Positions 30,593 to 41,200 of a stretch of 64,000 bases of DNA are shown here, piece after piece. Made by a program: the position numbers and the translations under genes. The first letter of the stretch is position 1. Each line of letters starts with the position of its first letter. The stretch comes from a virus: the IMG/VR virus record IMGVR_UViG_3300045988_176782, positions 32,001 through 96,000 of that record, one strand, 5' to 3'. The notes under the pieces are model-generated. The model was given only the letters and a program-made list of their open reading frames with translations, made no database searches and had not been told where the DNA came from.

Positions 30593-31070
30593 TAATCTAA
30601 TAATACATCGTATAGCCGCCCATCTAAGGAGAAAGGGTCAATGGAACACACTATACAAACTGTAAATTACCCAAACCACTAAGTTTCGCTTGATTAAATA
30701 GACTATCAATTTCCTACATTAATAAATAAGGCCGCAAATTACCTTCATCAACAATCCATTCTGTATAAGGACAAACAACCTCAAAGCGCACAGTAGAATA
30801 TTTGAAATCTGGATTTTGCGGATTGATAATATATTTATCAAATATAATTGTTATATAGGAGCGCTCTATATTATCAATTTCAGGATACTTTGGAACAATA
30901 ATGAAATTCTCATTCAACAAAGATAACCCATCTACATCCGGAAGTGTAGGGTCAAACGGATTAGAATTTTGATATTTAAGTAGACGACAAATGCGCTAAT
31001 TAGTCGTTAACTTATTAATAATCTTATATAAGTTTTCGCCCATTACGGCGAATCTGCGTTGTGTCGCCAT
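30579..31070 (-). CDS. putative head-tail joining / tail completion protein (163 aa, 5 in-frame TAG)
   Basis: ATG 31070 is 7 nt after GGAGG. TAG at 30996, 30714, 30651, 30624 and 30597. Stop TGA 30579-81 overlaps the next start. The role is assigned from position only. Confidence 0.5.
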
Positions 31071-31072
31071 AA

Positions 31073-32532
31073 TTAAGCCTCCTACCATAAAGCATAAATA
31101 TCAATTGATTTAGTGTAAGATTGACCATTATATTCTGTAGAAAGAATAACTTTGCCAAGTTTATTACGTTCATTTGCTTTGACAATACATTTATTGCCTT
31201 GATTCTGTATAGAAGCAAGAACTGTATTATCAATAACAAAATCTGTTTCAACTGCACCAATATCTGGCATAACTAATTCATAGGAAGCAGAGCGTCCCAT
31301 CCGAATAAAATTGTCGCCGTTGATATAACCAATCGGCGCGGCACCACCAATGATAACTTTAAGCGTAAGCATTAAGTTTTCATAAGTAAGCAATAATTCA
31401 GTTTCGCCCGCTTCAGTGGCAATTAATTCACCATTTTCATTGTATGATATTTTTTCACTTGGAACTAAAGTTGCTTTAAGGTCTTTTTGAATAACGCCAT
31501 TTTTTAATAAAGTATAAATAGGATTAATAATTTCTCCTACTTCTACTGATAATTGTAATGGAGCATTAATACTCCAAACTTGCAATTTATCAATATTAGC
31601 AATTTGTTCTTGTACGCTATCTCGCAATTCATTTACTTTACTTTCAGTAAAAGATAAGTAAATTGTGCCTGGAACAGATACACGGTCATATTCAATTAGT
31701 TCCCAAGCTTCATCATATAAAATGATTTCTGTTGATTTTTCAATTGGTTGATAAGGCATCAATACTTCCATAAACTTATTTGGCTGGGGCGTAATAAGCT
31801 CGTTCCACAATAGACTATATCTTCATCCATTTCTGGAGGCCACCACTTCGGCATTTGCCTACTCCTTTACGGATAGTCGTTGAACTTTACCTTTCGGTCT
31901 TAGCTGCTGATTGTTTATTTTCATCTGGCTTTTAGGATTACTCCATAAGCTATCTTTTCTTTTTTTTCTGCTTTCGCGGCATTCGCATTTAAGCCAAAAT
32001 GGCTTTCTGTTGTAGCAAGAAAAGCATTAAAATTTCCAGCAATTCAATGGCATTTTACTTAACCATTACTGGTTAAGGGACCTGGAACTTGTCAAGTCCT
32101 ATAATTCCCCTTAAGTTTGCTGTCTTTGGTCCCTACGATGTAGGCCGCGGACGAATGTAAATTACCTTTTGTATCAACCCAATTTATAATGTAATTACAC
32201 TAAACCATATAAAATTTATTGTGAGGCTGATAAGCAGACACAACTTTTTTATATATAAGCCAAGGTTTTTCGTTCCAAATTACTAAATCACCGGGTTTCA
32301 AATCCACCGATAACTCAGTTAATAAAATTTGAGAAACACGATTTTCATCCTATTTATCAGTCAAAATAACTCCATCAAAATAGTTATCCTCACATCGCAA
32401 TCCCCTGACTGTTGCTTGATTATAATATAAATTCTTTTTAAACTCTAACTAACCAGACTTAAAAGCCCGTTCTTGCGGAGTTACTCCTAAATGAGTTGCG
32501 CGCTAACGATAGACTTCAAAATATTCACTCAT
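31073..32532 (-). CDS. structural protein with C-terminal Ig-like (Big_2-type) domains, join(32532..32095,31807..31073), 390 aa
   Basis: ATG 32532 follows AAGGAG. Exon 1 has 4 TAG. The junction is ...GNYRT|WNELITPQPNKF. The C-terminal half (LQLSVEVGEIINP...GELIATEAGETELLLTYENLMLTLKVI) looks Big_2-like. One more TAG at 31082, then TAA 31073-75. Confidence 0.6.
31808..32094 (-). mobile_element. group I intron, ORF-less, 287 nt
   Basis: P GAATTGCTGGAAAT, Q CAATCAGCAGC, R AGTTCAACGACTAT, S GATGAAGATATAGTCTA. P1 pairs exon AGGACU with GGUCC (U-G at the site), and P2 is CTTAACC/GGTTAAG. The 3' site is only ~4 nt after S, so it is less certain. Confidence 0.7.
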
Positions 32533-32782
32533 TCGCACTCAACTCCTTAACTAAATTGATACACTCAAAAATAGTTTTTCTAAAATACTGATAATCCAAA
32601 TATTTTAGTTCAGAGAGTTTTCCAATAAGAGGCCAATAATTGATTGTTTTATCAATTTTTTCTAGGCCATAAAGTTCCAAAAGAATCGTTTCTAAAAATT
32701 TTTCCCAAGCCCCACCTTTTTCACGTTCACAAAGCAACCCATAAAGCCGCCCTTGAAGCTTATTGTAATAACCTTCAATCAT
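32525..32782 (-). CDS. hypothetical head-tail module protein (85 aa)
   Basis: Intact ORF with ATGA overlaps at both ends with its neighbours. Confidence 0.55.
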   Translation of the reverse strand: MIEGYYNKLQGRLYGLLCEREKGGAWEKFLETILLELYGLEKIDKTINYWPLIGKLSELKYLDYQYFRKTIFECINLVKELSANE

Positions 32783-33225
32783 GTATTTTTACCTGCCAAT
32801 TTACCAAAAATTTTATTTGGCTTATAGCGAATAGAGCGGTCATAACGGTCCAACAAAAACAAGCAATCATCCATACATTGGGCTTGGTCTTTGATGAGCT
32901 TGTCGAGGAAATTGGCCTAACTGAAATCCTTTGTTGAATAAAGGTGCCGAATGTTATCCCACGTATTCACGCAACGAGATAACCATTCATATTTCATAAA
33001 AGAAGCAAGAATCTGAATCTCGTCATTAGTTAATGTTTCGTCAAAACTTTCTGCTTTAACATCATAATCTAAAGAAATATGTGGGTAACGAAAACGCATT
33101 ATCGCCGCATCAAGCAGCATCTTCCAATCTTTTTTCACTATGTCCCAGTATTCTGTGGCCATCCAGTCATCGGTTTCAACTTTGGATAAGAACACATCAT
33201 ATACATCTTGAAAAGAGGTAGCCAT
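32779..33225 (-). CDS. head-tail adaptor/connector-like protein (148 aa, 1 in-frame TAG)
   Basis: ORF-track 32917-33225 continues through TAG 32917 to TGA 32779-81. ...TLTNDEIQILASFMKYEWLSRC... resembles gp6/gp15-type head-tail connector proteins. It is the second gene after the capsid gene. Confidence 0.5.
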
Positions 33226-33238
33226 AGAGCTTCACCCC

Positions 33239-33688
33239 TTACTTAATAGACATACGAACGGCTTCTAAACAATCAAAACCTAAATATTGCTTTAGAGCAT
33301 TGCTGCGGCCAAGATCTGTAATCTTTAGCTCACGAGCGGTTTCAATAAACTCGTCTTTTAGTGCAGGAGATAAGTCCTTGCCCTTAAGAACAGTAATTAA
33401 ATCCTTAACAGGAGCTTCAGTTAATAAATACTTTACATTAACATCTGCGCTAGTTTTAGCAGTGGGCTTTACACTAATTTGAGCCTTAAGTTCAGCATCT
33501 TCAGTAATAACTTGCAAAAAACCGTCCTTAATAAAAGCCTGACAGCCAGGGTCGTAATTGAATTCTTCAAATACATCTTCCGGCAGTGCAGTTTCTTGCT
33601 TTGGCATCAAATCGCGACGGAAACGCACATTAGGTAAATTAATACCAATTACAAATGTGCTTAAATTCTTAACTTTAACTTTACCCAT
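33239..33688 (-). CDS. hypothetical head-module protein (149 aa)
   Basis: Intact ORF with no TAG and an AAAGGAG RBS, directly downstream of the capsid gene. Confidence 0.55.
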   Translation of the reverse strand: MGKVKVKNLSTFVIGINLPNVRFRRDLMPKQETALPEDVFEEFNYDPGCQAFIKDGFLQVITEDAELKAQISVKPTAKTSADVNVKYLLTEAPVKDLITVLKGKDLSPALKDEFIETARELKITDLGRSNALKQYLGFDCLEAVRMSIK

Positions 33689-33715
33689 TATCTTTACTCC
33701 TTTTACTCATATGGA

Positions 33716-33738
33716 GGGAGGCCGACTCGCGGCCTCCC
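33716..33738 (-). other. GC-rich hairpin downstream of the capsid gene (stabiliser/attenuator?)
   Basis: GGGAGGCC / GGCCTCCC 8-bp stem. No U-run follows on the - strand, so it is not a classical terminator. Confidence 0.4.
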
Positions 33739-33756
33739 GCGAATTTATCTTAATCA

Positions 33757-34803
33757 TTAGGGATTTAGAATCTTATCGTTATCCCAACCGCCATCTTCAA
33801 TGGCGCTATTGTAATAAATGCCCCAGTAATAAGGCTCAGTTACAATAGCCATACCTAGCTTTTTGTAGAATTGAACTTCGGTGCTCCAATCCTTATTGTC
33901 AACATAACGCATATGGGAGTCACCAACCATAGCAATCTTAACAATCTTTTCCTTGCCAGCAGGAATTACATAAGCAAAGCGAGGATTGAAAATCATATGA
34001 GAGTTGGTTTCATCAGTGAAGCTATTAGGCATTACTACGATAGAAGCACCAGCAAATTTGCCAATATAGCCATTTTCACGGACTTCATCTGCATCACGGT
34101 CAGAAACCTTCCAATAATGCACGCCATCAGTCATAACATTGGACATTTGAGCAGCAAATTCATGACCACAATAAATAACAGGAGTGCCGTAAGCACTTAC
34201 AACAGAAATTAACTTAGACATCTTTGCAGCATCAAAGCCATTAGAAGCAGCCTTGTTTGCGCCAGGACGACCAGCATCATTCCAAGTAGCAAGTAGCATA
34301 CCTTGAATTTCTTGATAAATACGCTCGGCGAGACCATCAAGAATAATGTCATAAATTTCAAGAATATTTTCGTCACCATCAAGATAACGTTCAAAGTCCA
34401 TAATACCAGCGGCGCCGTAAGCAACTGGAGTTACTTCAAATTGCTCTTGATCAAGACGGAAAGTCTCATAGACACCAGCTGCGGTAGCACGAGTTACATA
34501 TTGCTTGCCACGTTCGCGGCCTTTCTTCTTCTTGAAGATTAGGCGGTCCTTGTTGCCAAATTGCTTTACTTCGGCAAACATACCAATTAAATCAATAACC
34601 TTACGAGGGAGAATTTCCTCAGCGGTTTGCTCTAGAATTTCAAATACTTCGGGGGCATTACGCTCAAATTGGTGACGAGTGCCCATTAGACGCTTTAGCT
34701 CATCACGAAGAGCTGCATCATAATCAATAGACTGATTCTCAAACTCGGTGGGGATATTTACACCACGAGCGCAATCTAATAGTTGCTTTAAGTTATTTTC
34801 CAT
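33757..34803 (-). CDS. major capsid protein (348 aa)
   Basis: Assigned from size and position (after the scaffold, before the connectors). Strong RBS, zero TAG codons, hairpin downstream. No motif-level proof from sequence alone. Confidence 0.6.
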   Translation of the reverse strand: MENNLKQLLDCARGVNIPTEFENQSIDYDAALRDELKRLMGTRHQFERNAPEVFEILEQTAEEILPRKVIDLIGMFAEVKQFGNKDRLIFKKKKGRERGKQYVTRATAAGVYETFRLDQEQFEVTPVAYGAAGIMDFERYLDGDENILEIYDIILDGLAERIYQEIQGMLLATWNDAGRPGANKAASNGFDAAKMSKLISVVSAYGTPVIYCGHEFAAQMSNVMTDGVHYWKVSDRDADEVRENGYIGKFAGASIVVMPNSFTDETNSHMIFNPRFAYVIPAGKEKIVKIAMVGDSHMRYVDNKDWSTEVQFYKKLGMAIVTEPYYWGIYYNSAIEDGGWDNDKILNP

Positions 34804-34822
34804 AATCTTATACCTCCAACTA

Positions 34823-35362
34823 TTAAGCTTCTAAGATGGTGTACTTAATCGCCTTTTCGCCGTTAGGAACAGTAGTATACTTTACTACCTGGCCATAAGC
34901 ACCGGAAGTGGGCTTAGTGGCGGTTACCTTGGGACGGCCATCACCAGCTACGGGTACAACATATAGAGGAGTAGTATCAAGAGCCTTCATAGCTTCTTCA
35001 AAAGTCTTTAAGTTGGCAAAATCACCCATATCAAAGCAGTTAGTGGTGAAAATGTCGCCAGAGTGTAGAATACCTACACGGGGATAAGCGCCAGCTACAT
35101 CAAAATGCTCTTTTAAACCATATACATAGCGGCCCCATTCCTTTTCAGTGGTGTAAACGATACCATATTGTACAGTATCAGCAGCAGGTAGCTTAATTTC
35201 TTGATTAGCAATATTAGCGTCTACCCACATACCGTTCTCACAAGGAGCAGCGGCAGTAAATTCATCAGACAGAGGAGTCTGAGAACGAACTAAACCATTC
35301 TTTAGATATGCCGCACGATTCATTTCTAGGCTGGCATACTTAGAAAGTGGAAACTTAGCCAT
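34823..35362 (-). CDS. head protein of unknown role (decoration/auxiliary capsid protein?), 179 aa
   Basis: Intact ORF with no TAG, between the scaffold and capsid genes. Confidence 0.45.
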   Translation of the reverse strand: MAKFPLSKYASLEMNRAAYLKNGLVRSQTPLSDEFTAAAPCENGMWVDANIANQEIKLPAADTVQYGIVYTTEKEWGRYVYGLKEHFDVAGAYPRVGILHSGDIFTTNCFDMGDFANLKTFEEAMKALDTTPLYVVPVAGDGRPKVTATKPTSGAYGQVVKYTTVPNGEKAIKYTILEA

Positions 35363-35378
35363 AATAAATTCCCTCCAA

Positions 35379-36677
35379 TTATTTCTTGTATTTGCTTAGA
35401 AGTTGAGCAAAAGCATTAGATTCCTTCGGTACTTGAGGTACACGAATTTCTTCATCTTGTTCTTTTGCCATAGAGAAAGAAGTGTATTCCATCGCCAAAC
35501 GAGTATTTAATTCATCTAAGGTCATATTAGCCATAGAATCATTAACTTCTTGCATTACTGGCGCAGGTAGGCACTTAGAGAACTTTTTGAGTAGTTCTTC
35601 TTTTTCTTCCTGTTCATACTTTTGGATGCGTTTAGAATAGTCAGAAATAGTTTCTTCCTTAGAAGCTAAATCTTGCTTTACAGCTTCGTAGAGTTGGTCA
35701 GCAACTTCCTTTTCTTCGGAAGTCTTGTTATAGTCTTCTTGTAGAGTTTTATGTTGCTCTACTAACGCATCATATTGAGTTTGGAGAGCATTGTAAGTCT
35801 CCAGTAGCTCGTTATATTTATCCTCAAAGTTAGGAGTTTCTTCCACAACAGGTTCTGTAGTGGATTCTTCAGGAGTTTCTTCTACAGTGCTTTCTGCCGC
35901 AGGAGTTTCTTCCTCTTCCTTCACCTCTTCGGACTCAGTAGGAGCGCTAGCTTCGGCTTCCGCAGGAGCCTCTACTTGTGTTTCTGCTGTAGGTTCGGTT
36001 TCCGTAAAGACTTCTTCAGTAACCTCAACAGAAGTTTCTTGCTTAACTTCTTCCATAGCGTCCTTACCTCCATTAAAGTATTTTTGCATAGCAAGTGTAA
36101 ATTGCTTATAACTATCGTCAGCTAAATCAAAGAACGCAGCACCCTCAAAACAAGGTTCGCGCTTGCCGAGAACACATAGCCCCTTAATTACGCCATCGGT
36201 ATATACAAATGCTTGGTCCTCAAAATCATTATAAATAATATCTCTCCAAGAACCTTTAATTGTATTCTTATCCAGTTCCATACTTTGTGCTTTTGAAAAA
36301 ATTTCTTTTGCTTCGTCCCAATATTCGGCCCAAACAATAACATCAAAAGTTGCATAAGTACGTTTCACACCATCGGGGTCAAGATGATCTTCCCAGGTTC
36401 CGCTGTTTGGAACAACTACCCCGTAAGCGCGCTTATCGGTGGATTCTTCGTGACCGCCAAAATCCTTTTCAGAGTACAAATAAGTCCCTACAATAGGTTT
36501 GAGATTAGCAGATTCAATTAACTTTTGTGCAAAAGAATCTGTAATATAACTGTAATTGCGATTCAAACCCTTGTAAAAAACTCTAACTTTGCCTTTCTTT
36601 AAGGTGGGGTCTTCCTGAGTAGGAATGAATGTTTCACCAAACTGAATATCAAATTTAAATGGAATTTGCTTTTCCAA
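35379..36677 (-). CDS. scaffolding protein, possibly with N-terminal prohead protease domain (432 aa)
   Basis: TTG start 6 nt after GGGGTGA. The C-terminal half is acidic (TEEVFTETEPTAETQVEAPAEAEAS...) followed by coiled coil (LQTQYDALVEQHKTLQEDYNK), which is typical of scaffolds. It lies between portal and capsid. Confidence 0.5.
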   Translation of the reverse strand: MEKQIPFKFDIQFGETFIPTQEDPTLKKGKVRVFYKGLNRNYSYITDSFAQKLIESANLKPIVGTYLYSEKDFGGHEESTDKRAYGVVVPNSGTWEDHLDPDGVKRTYATFDVIVWAEYWDEAKEIFSKAQSMELDKNTIKGSWRDIIYNDFEDQAFVYTDGVIKGLCVLGKREPCFEGAAFFDLADDSYKQFTLAMQKYFNGGKDAMEEVKQETSVEVTEEVFTETEPTAETQVEAPAEAEASAPTESEEVKEEEETPAAESTVEETPEESTTEPVVEETPNFEDKYNELLETYNALQTQYDALVEQHKTLQEDYNKTSEEKEVADQLYEAVKQDLASKEETISDYSKRIQKYEQEEKEELLKKFSKCLPAPVMQEVNDSMANMTLDELNTRLAMEYTSFSMAKEQDEEIRVPQVPKESNAFAQLLSKYKK

Positions 36678-36691
36678 TTTGATTCACCCCA

Positions 36692-38248
36692 TTAGGTAGC
36701 CCCGTCGATATTTTCATTAGTGCGGTCTGCACGCTCTTCAATACTCTTCGTAGGACGGCCACCTTCATTAGATAAGTTGGGAGTAGAAGTAGTCTTATTA
36801 GGAGTTTTTTCATTATTTTTAGAATTTTTATCGTTGGAACTTTGAGTATAACTATTATTTAATGGCACGAGTTTTTGGTCTAACTTCGCGGTCTTATTTT
36901 CATAATCAGAAAGTTCCATTAAATCTATAGCATCTAAGCCAAGTGCGCTACTAACCATTGTTTTTGGATAGCCATATTGCGCCGCTTTGAGATACATATC
37001 TACACTATCTTTTTGAAAGATTGTAGAAATTGGTAGAAACTTAATAGTGCAATAATTATTTTCAGATTTTGTGCGGTTGCGCAAAACCACATTCAACCAA
37101 ATCTCATACTACTTACTCCAAGAAAACATAATGGAAATATCTTTTTTAATAGAATAAGTAATCGCGGTGCTACCATTAGAAGAATTAAAGATTTGAGAAG
37201 TTATACCCATATCGTCATAAACGCTGGAAGTATATTTCTATAAACGACTTGTAGAGCTGTTCGCAGCGGAATCTGGTTCTTGTACGCTTTCCAAAGAAAT
37301 ATCTGCATAGGTTGTTAGAACATCAATTGTGTCGTTATCGCCTACCATATTGCAAACGCTTTGGTGCAATTCTTGCGCCTCTTCCAAAGAAAAAAGCAAT
37401 TCTCCTGTAGATTTGTCTACAGGTAATTTTTGGATTAGTAGTTTTTGTAGTTCATTTTTGTCGCGTTCTGCTTCTCTGTCACGGGCGCCCTAAAGGTCTG
37501 CAATAGCATCCATACCAGCAATAAGAGGAGGGACTCCTTCCTCATTAAACATAAAACACATCCCCCCTTCTACGGCGGGGATTTCAATCCAAAGTTCGCT
37601 CACTTTTTTCTTGCGATACAGAGCCTAAACATATTTTGGGAATAATTCTAAAATGCTTTTTCGTTCTGCCTCATCGTATGCGATATTATCAAAATAGGCC
37701 GCATTTAATTCAAGAACGGGCAAACCAAATTCATCATTAAACCTTGTGCGGCAATAGCGGACAGGCAACTAGTAGAAAATTGGTTGGTCTTTTTCTCCCA
37801 CTTTCATAAAGCCATAGTATATGCCTTCGCGTAAGATGACTTTATTAATTTTAGGCAAAAGCATCTCTAAATTCATAGATTTCAAGAATCTACAATTTTT
37901 GTTGTAAGTATTTTTTAAGTTTTTAGGCGCATTATCTAAATTATATTGCGGAATAACGATATAGTTATAAGTAAGTAATGTCGCCATATAGGCAATAATT
38001 CTATCATAAATACCGCTAAATCGCGCAAAGTAAAGTGATAATTGCCGAATAAGAGTTGGATTGCCAGAAGCAAGAATGTCATTAATTTCTTCTTTGGTAA
38101 AACCTTTTGTGGAAGTTGTACTATATACGCGGTTATACCTATCATTTAATGCACGTTCTGTTCTAGGCGCGCGATATGATGCCTTTTTTGCAAATTCAAT
38201 AAAAGCATTAATATCGCGAGGTTGGGTGTTTTCTGGCAAATTAATCAC
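36692..38248 (-). CDS. portal protein (518 aa, 5 in-frame TAG)
   Basis: GTG 38248 follows GAAGG. ORF-track 37769-38248 and 36692-37096 share one frame. The gap was walked: TAG at 37109, 37238, 37490, 37625 and 37769, no TAA/TGA. It follows TerL and overlaps the TerL stop. Confidence 0.65.
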
Positions 38249-41200
38249 CTGCCTTCTTTTTACTTGATGAGAAGAATGTCATTGCGCCAACACCAGTTCG
38301 TTTTTTGTTGCGACGGGTTTCTTTATCTTCGTATTCTTTAATGCGATAAAGTCCATAGGCTAGAGCAGAAACACGGTCTTTGTTTATACGTCTAGAAATC
38401 TATTCTACTGCTAACTGGTTAGCAGCGCCAGTGGGACGCAATTTTAGGTTATTAATCTCATCTATAAGTCGCGAGGTCATTATGTATGGTAAGAGGAATT
38501 TTTCTCTCTAATATAAATTCATTCGTTGGCCTTTTTTGGTTGATAGTAATTTTTCACGTGCGATTCTTTCATTGGCTAAAAGCAAAACATTTCCACTGTT
38601 CATTTGGATATAAAAGTTAGAATATATTTCGTTGTTAAGGGCAGCGTTGGCTTTTATGTTGTAGATTTTTGCCTCAACTCCACGAGGATGGGGATAAGTG
38701 TCGGGGTCATTAGAAACATAAAGTGCGCCGTATTGTTGCCCTTTAGGGCCAATGGAGGGAATAACAAGTTGGTCAAGTAGACCAGTACCGATAGTGTTTG
38801 CGTCAATTACGATGTCGCGAGGATTAAAGAGCTCGTTAAGTTCTTTAATGCGTGCGGCTTGTTCGGGGAAGGACATTTTTGTTAGATTTTCAGTATAAAC
38901 TACTTTCTTCGTCCAACCGTCTTGAGAAGGCAGGACTTTTATAATCATTACAGAAGTATCATTATTTCCTGTACGTGCTACGTCTCATTATTATTTCGGT
39001 AAGGTCGCTACGCTTACCGCATGGAGCTTTACATCTCTGTAAAGATTAGACTATATTTTCATCTATGATAGATGTTTCTTCTTTCGGGCGGCAATCGCTT
39101 CCGTCCTACTCCACATTGGGATAGTCGTTGAACCAATTTTCTAATATTTGTTCTATTTTACGAAAATTTGTATATGAAATTATTAAATAATTATAACCTT
39201 GCTGTTTAGCTTCTCGTTCTTTTAAAATATCTCGTTCTTGGCGTTCAGCCAAAGGTAATTTAGATTCAAATTTGACAAACTCTTTGTAATGTTGCTCTCC
39301 ATGGTATTCTATAATTAAATTATATTCAGGTATATAAAAATCATATCTATATCGTGGATTAGATTGCCATTTAAAAGTTGCTTCTTTTTGGAAAGAAATT
39401 TTTTGCGAATCTAAGTAATCTACAATTTTCTTTTCGCCATGACTCATTTTATCTGAGCATCTTGGACAACCAGCATGGCCTGATAGCAAAGCGTGAGGAG
39501 AAATTTTTCTAATAAAACCACATTTATGTCTCATTAGAATTTTTGTATCCGTGCCTTGATATTCTTCTAAAGGTTCGTAGTCTTGTGGAATTAAAGAGCG
39601 AAATACAACATCATTCATATCATGATGAGATTCACAAAAAGGACAAGTTTGGGTTTTTAAATAATCTTGTTTGCTTTTTTCAAAGATTTGATTACATTTT
39701 TCACACAGGACTTTTACAGTTTCCTTTTGTGTGTGTTCGCGGTATCCCCAATCTATAAAAGTTTGATTGGGATTATTATTAATTAATTGTAAAATTTTTT
39801 CTTTATTTTGTTTTTGTATGGCTTTATAAGCCGTCCTGCCTAAGCACTCGCAAATTGCTTGTCCATTCCTAATAAAATTATAAAAAGAAGAGTAAGTTCG
39901 TCTTTCTCCACAAGTTAAGCATTTAATTGTAAAAGGCTTACTAACTTTAGTATATTCAATAATTTCATAAGGTTGATTAGGGAATTTATTATTAATTCTT
40001 TGTTTAATTTCATCAATGATAATAATTTTCATAAATAGAATACCTCCAAAATTGGTGCTGATTGCCCTTTTGTAGCATTTAGGTTTACACCATGTGCCTT
40101 TTTGTTATTTGTTTCTGCTTTCGCGGCGTCATTATATTGAGGTAGATATAATTAGCATAACAAAACTTTCGGGGTTCCCAGCTTTTAAAGAAATTTTAGC
40201 ATCTCTTGTCACCAAGAGAGTCGGCAGAATTTTACCGAAATGATATAGAACATTTTTGGATTGCTTGAGGATTTAGCTTTTCTTTCAGCGTTAAGAAGCT
40301 TACGGATTTTGATAAGACGGTTAGAATTAAACCAGCTATCAGAATTACTACCTGTCCAAATTGACTGCGATTCCTTTATTTTTTTTCATATAAATTCGCT
40401 ATATTTATATCTGTTTTTACAGCTTATATTTTCATATAAGATAAGACTATATCTTCACCCTAAAATATTTAGGGGTTCGGCGTTAGAGCGCTTGCTCATT
40501 TAGTCGTTGAGCTAATAAGTCAGAATTTAATAATGTTTCATCATTATATGGTATTTTAATTAAAATAATATCATTATTTTTACAGTATTCAGCTTTATCT
40601 TTATCACATTGTTGCTGTTTAAGAAAAGCTTGCTCACCACCAAACCATTTAACAGGTTGGTAATGCTGGATGCCATTATATTCAATAGCATATTTCTTAT
40701 TGCTTTTTTCTAAATAGAAATCAAAGCGTAATACACGATGCTCACCACAAGGAATGATTTTTTGTTCTTCAAAAATAAAATTATATTTTTGTAAATATTC
40801 TCGTACTTTTCGTTCCCCTTTACTTGCCCTACAACGAGGGCATCCAGTGCGTTCCTTTAGAAAATGATAACAATCTACTTCCCAAATAAAACCACATTGG
40901 TTATGACGTACTTTAAAACGTCTTTGATGTTTAGAATTATGAGTGGTAGGTGCAACTCGGGTGTATTCATTGCCCCATGTTTGTTCAATACGATAATCAA
41001 TCATTTCATCGTTTAATAAAGCAAAGTTAGCTTCGCACCAAGGGCATTTTGTTCCTTCTTCTGTATAAGATACAGCAAAGGGCGCCCGAGAAAATGTATG
41101 CCCACATTTTCTACATTGCCAGTCTATTTTTTCTTTCCATGACCAACGGATGTCTTCAATTGCGAAATCTAATGGAATTAAAGAACTATTTTTAATAATT

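Noticed and set aside
30697-31012. R-like (TTAGTCGTTAAC, 31001) and S-like (TAGACTATCAAT, 30699) strings hint at a twelfth intron.
   Set aside because: There are no P or Q partners, and the ORF reads through both with a coherent protein sequence.
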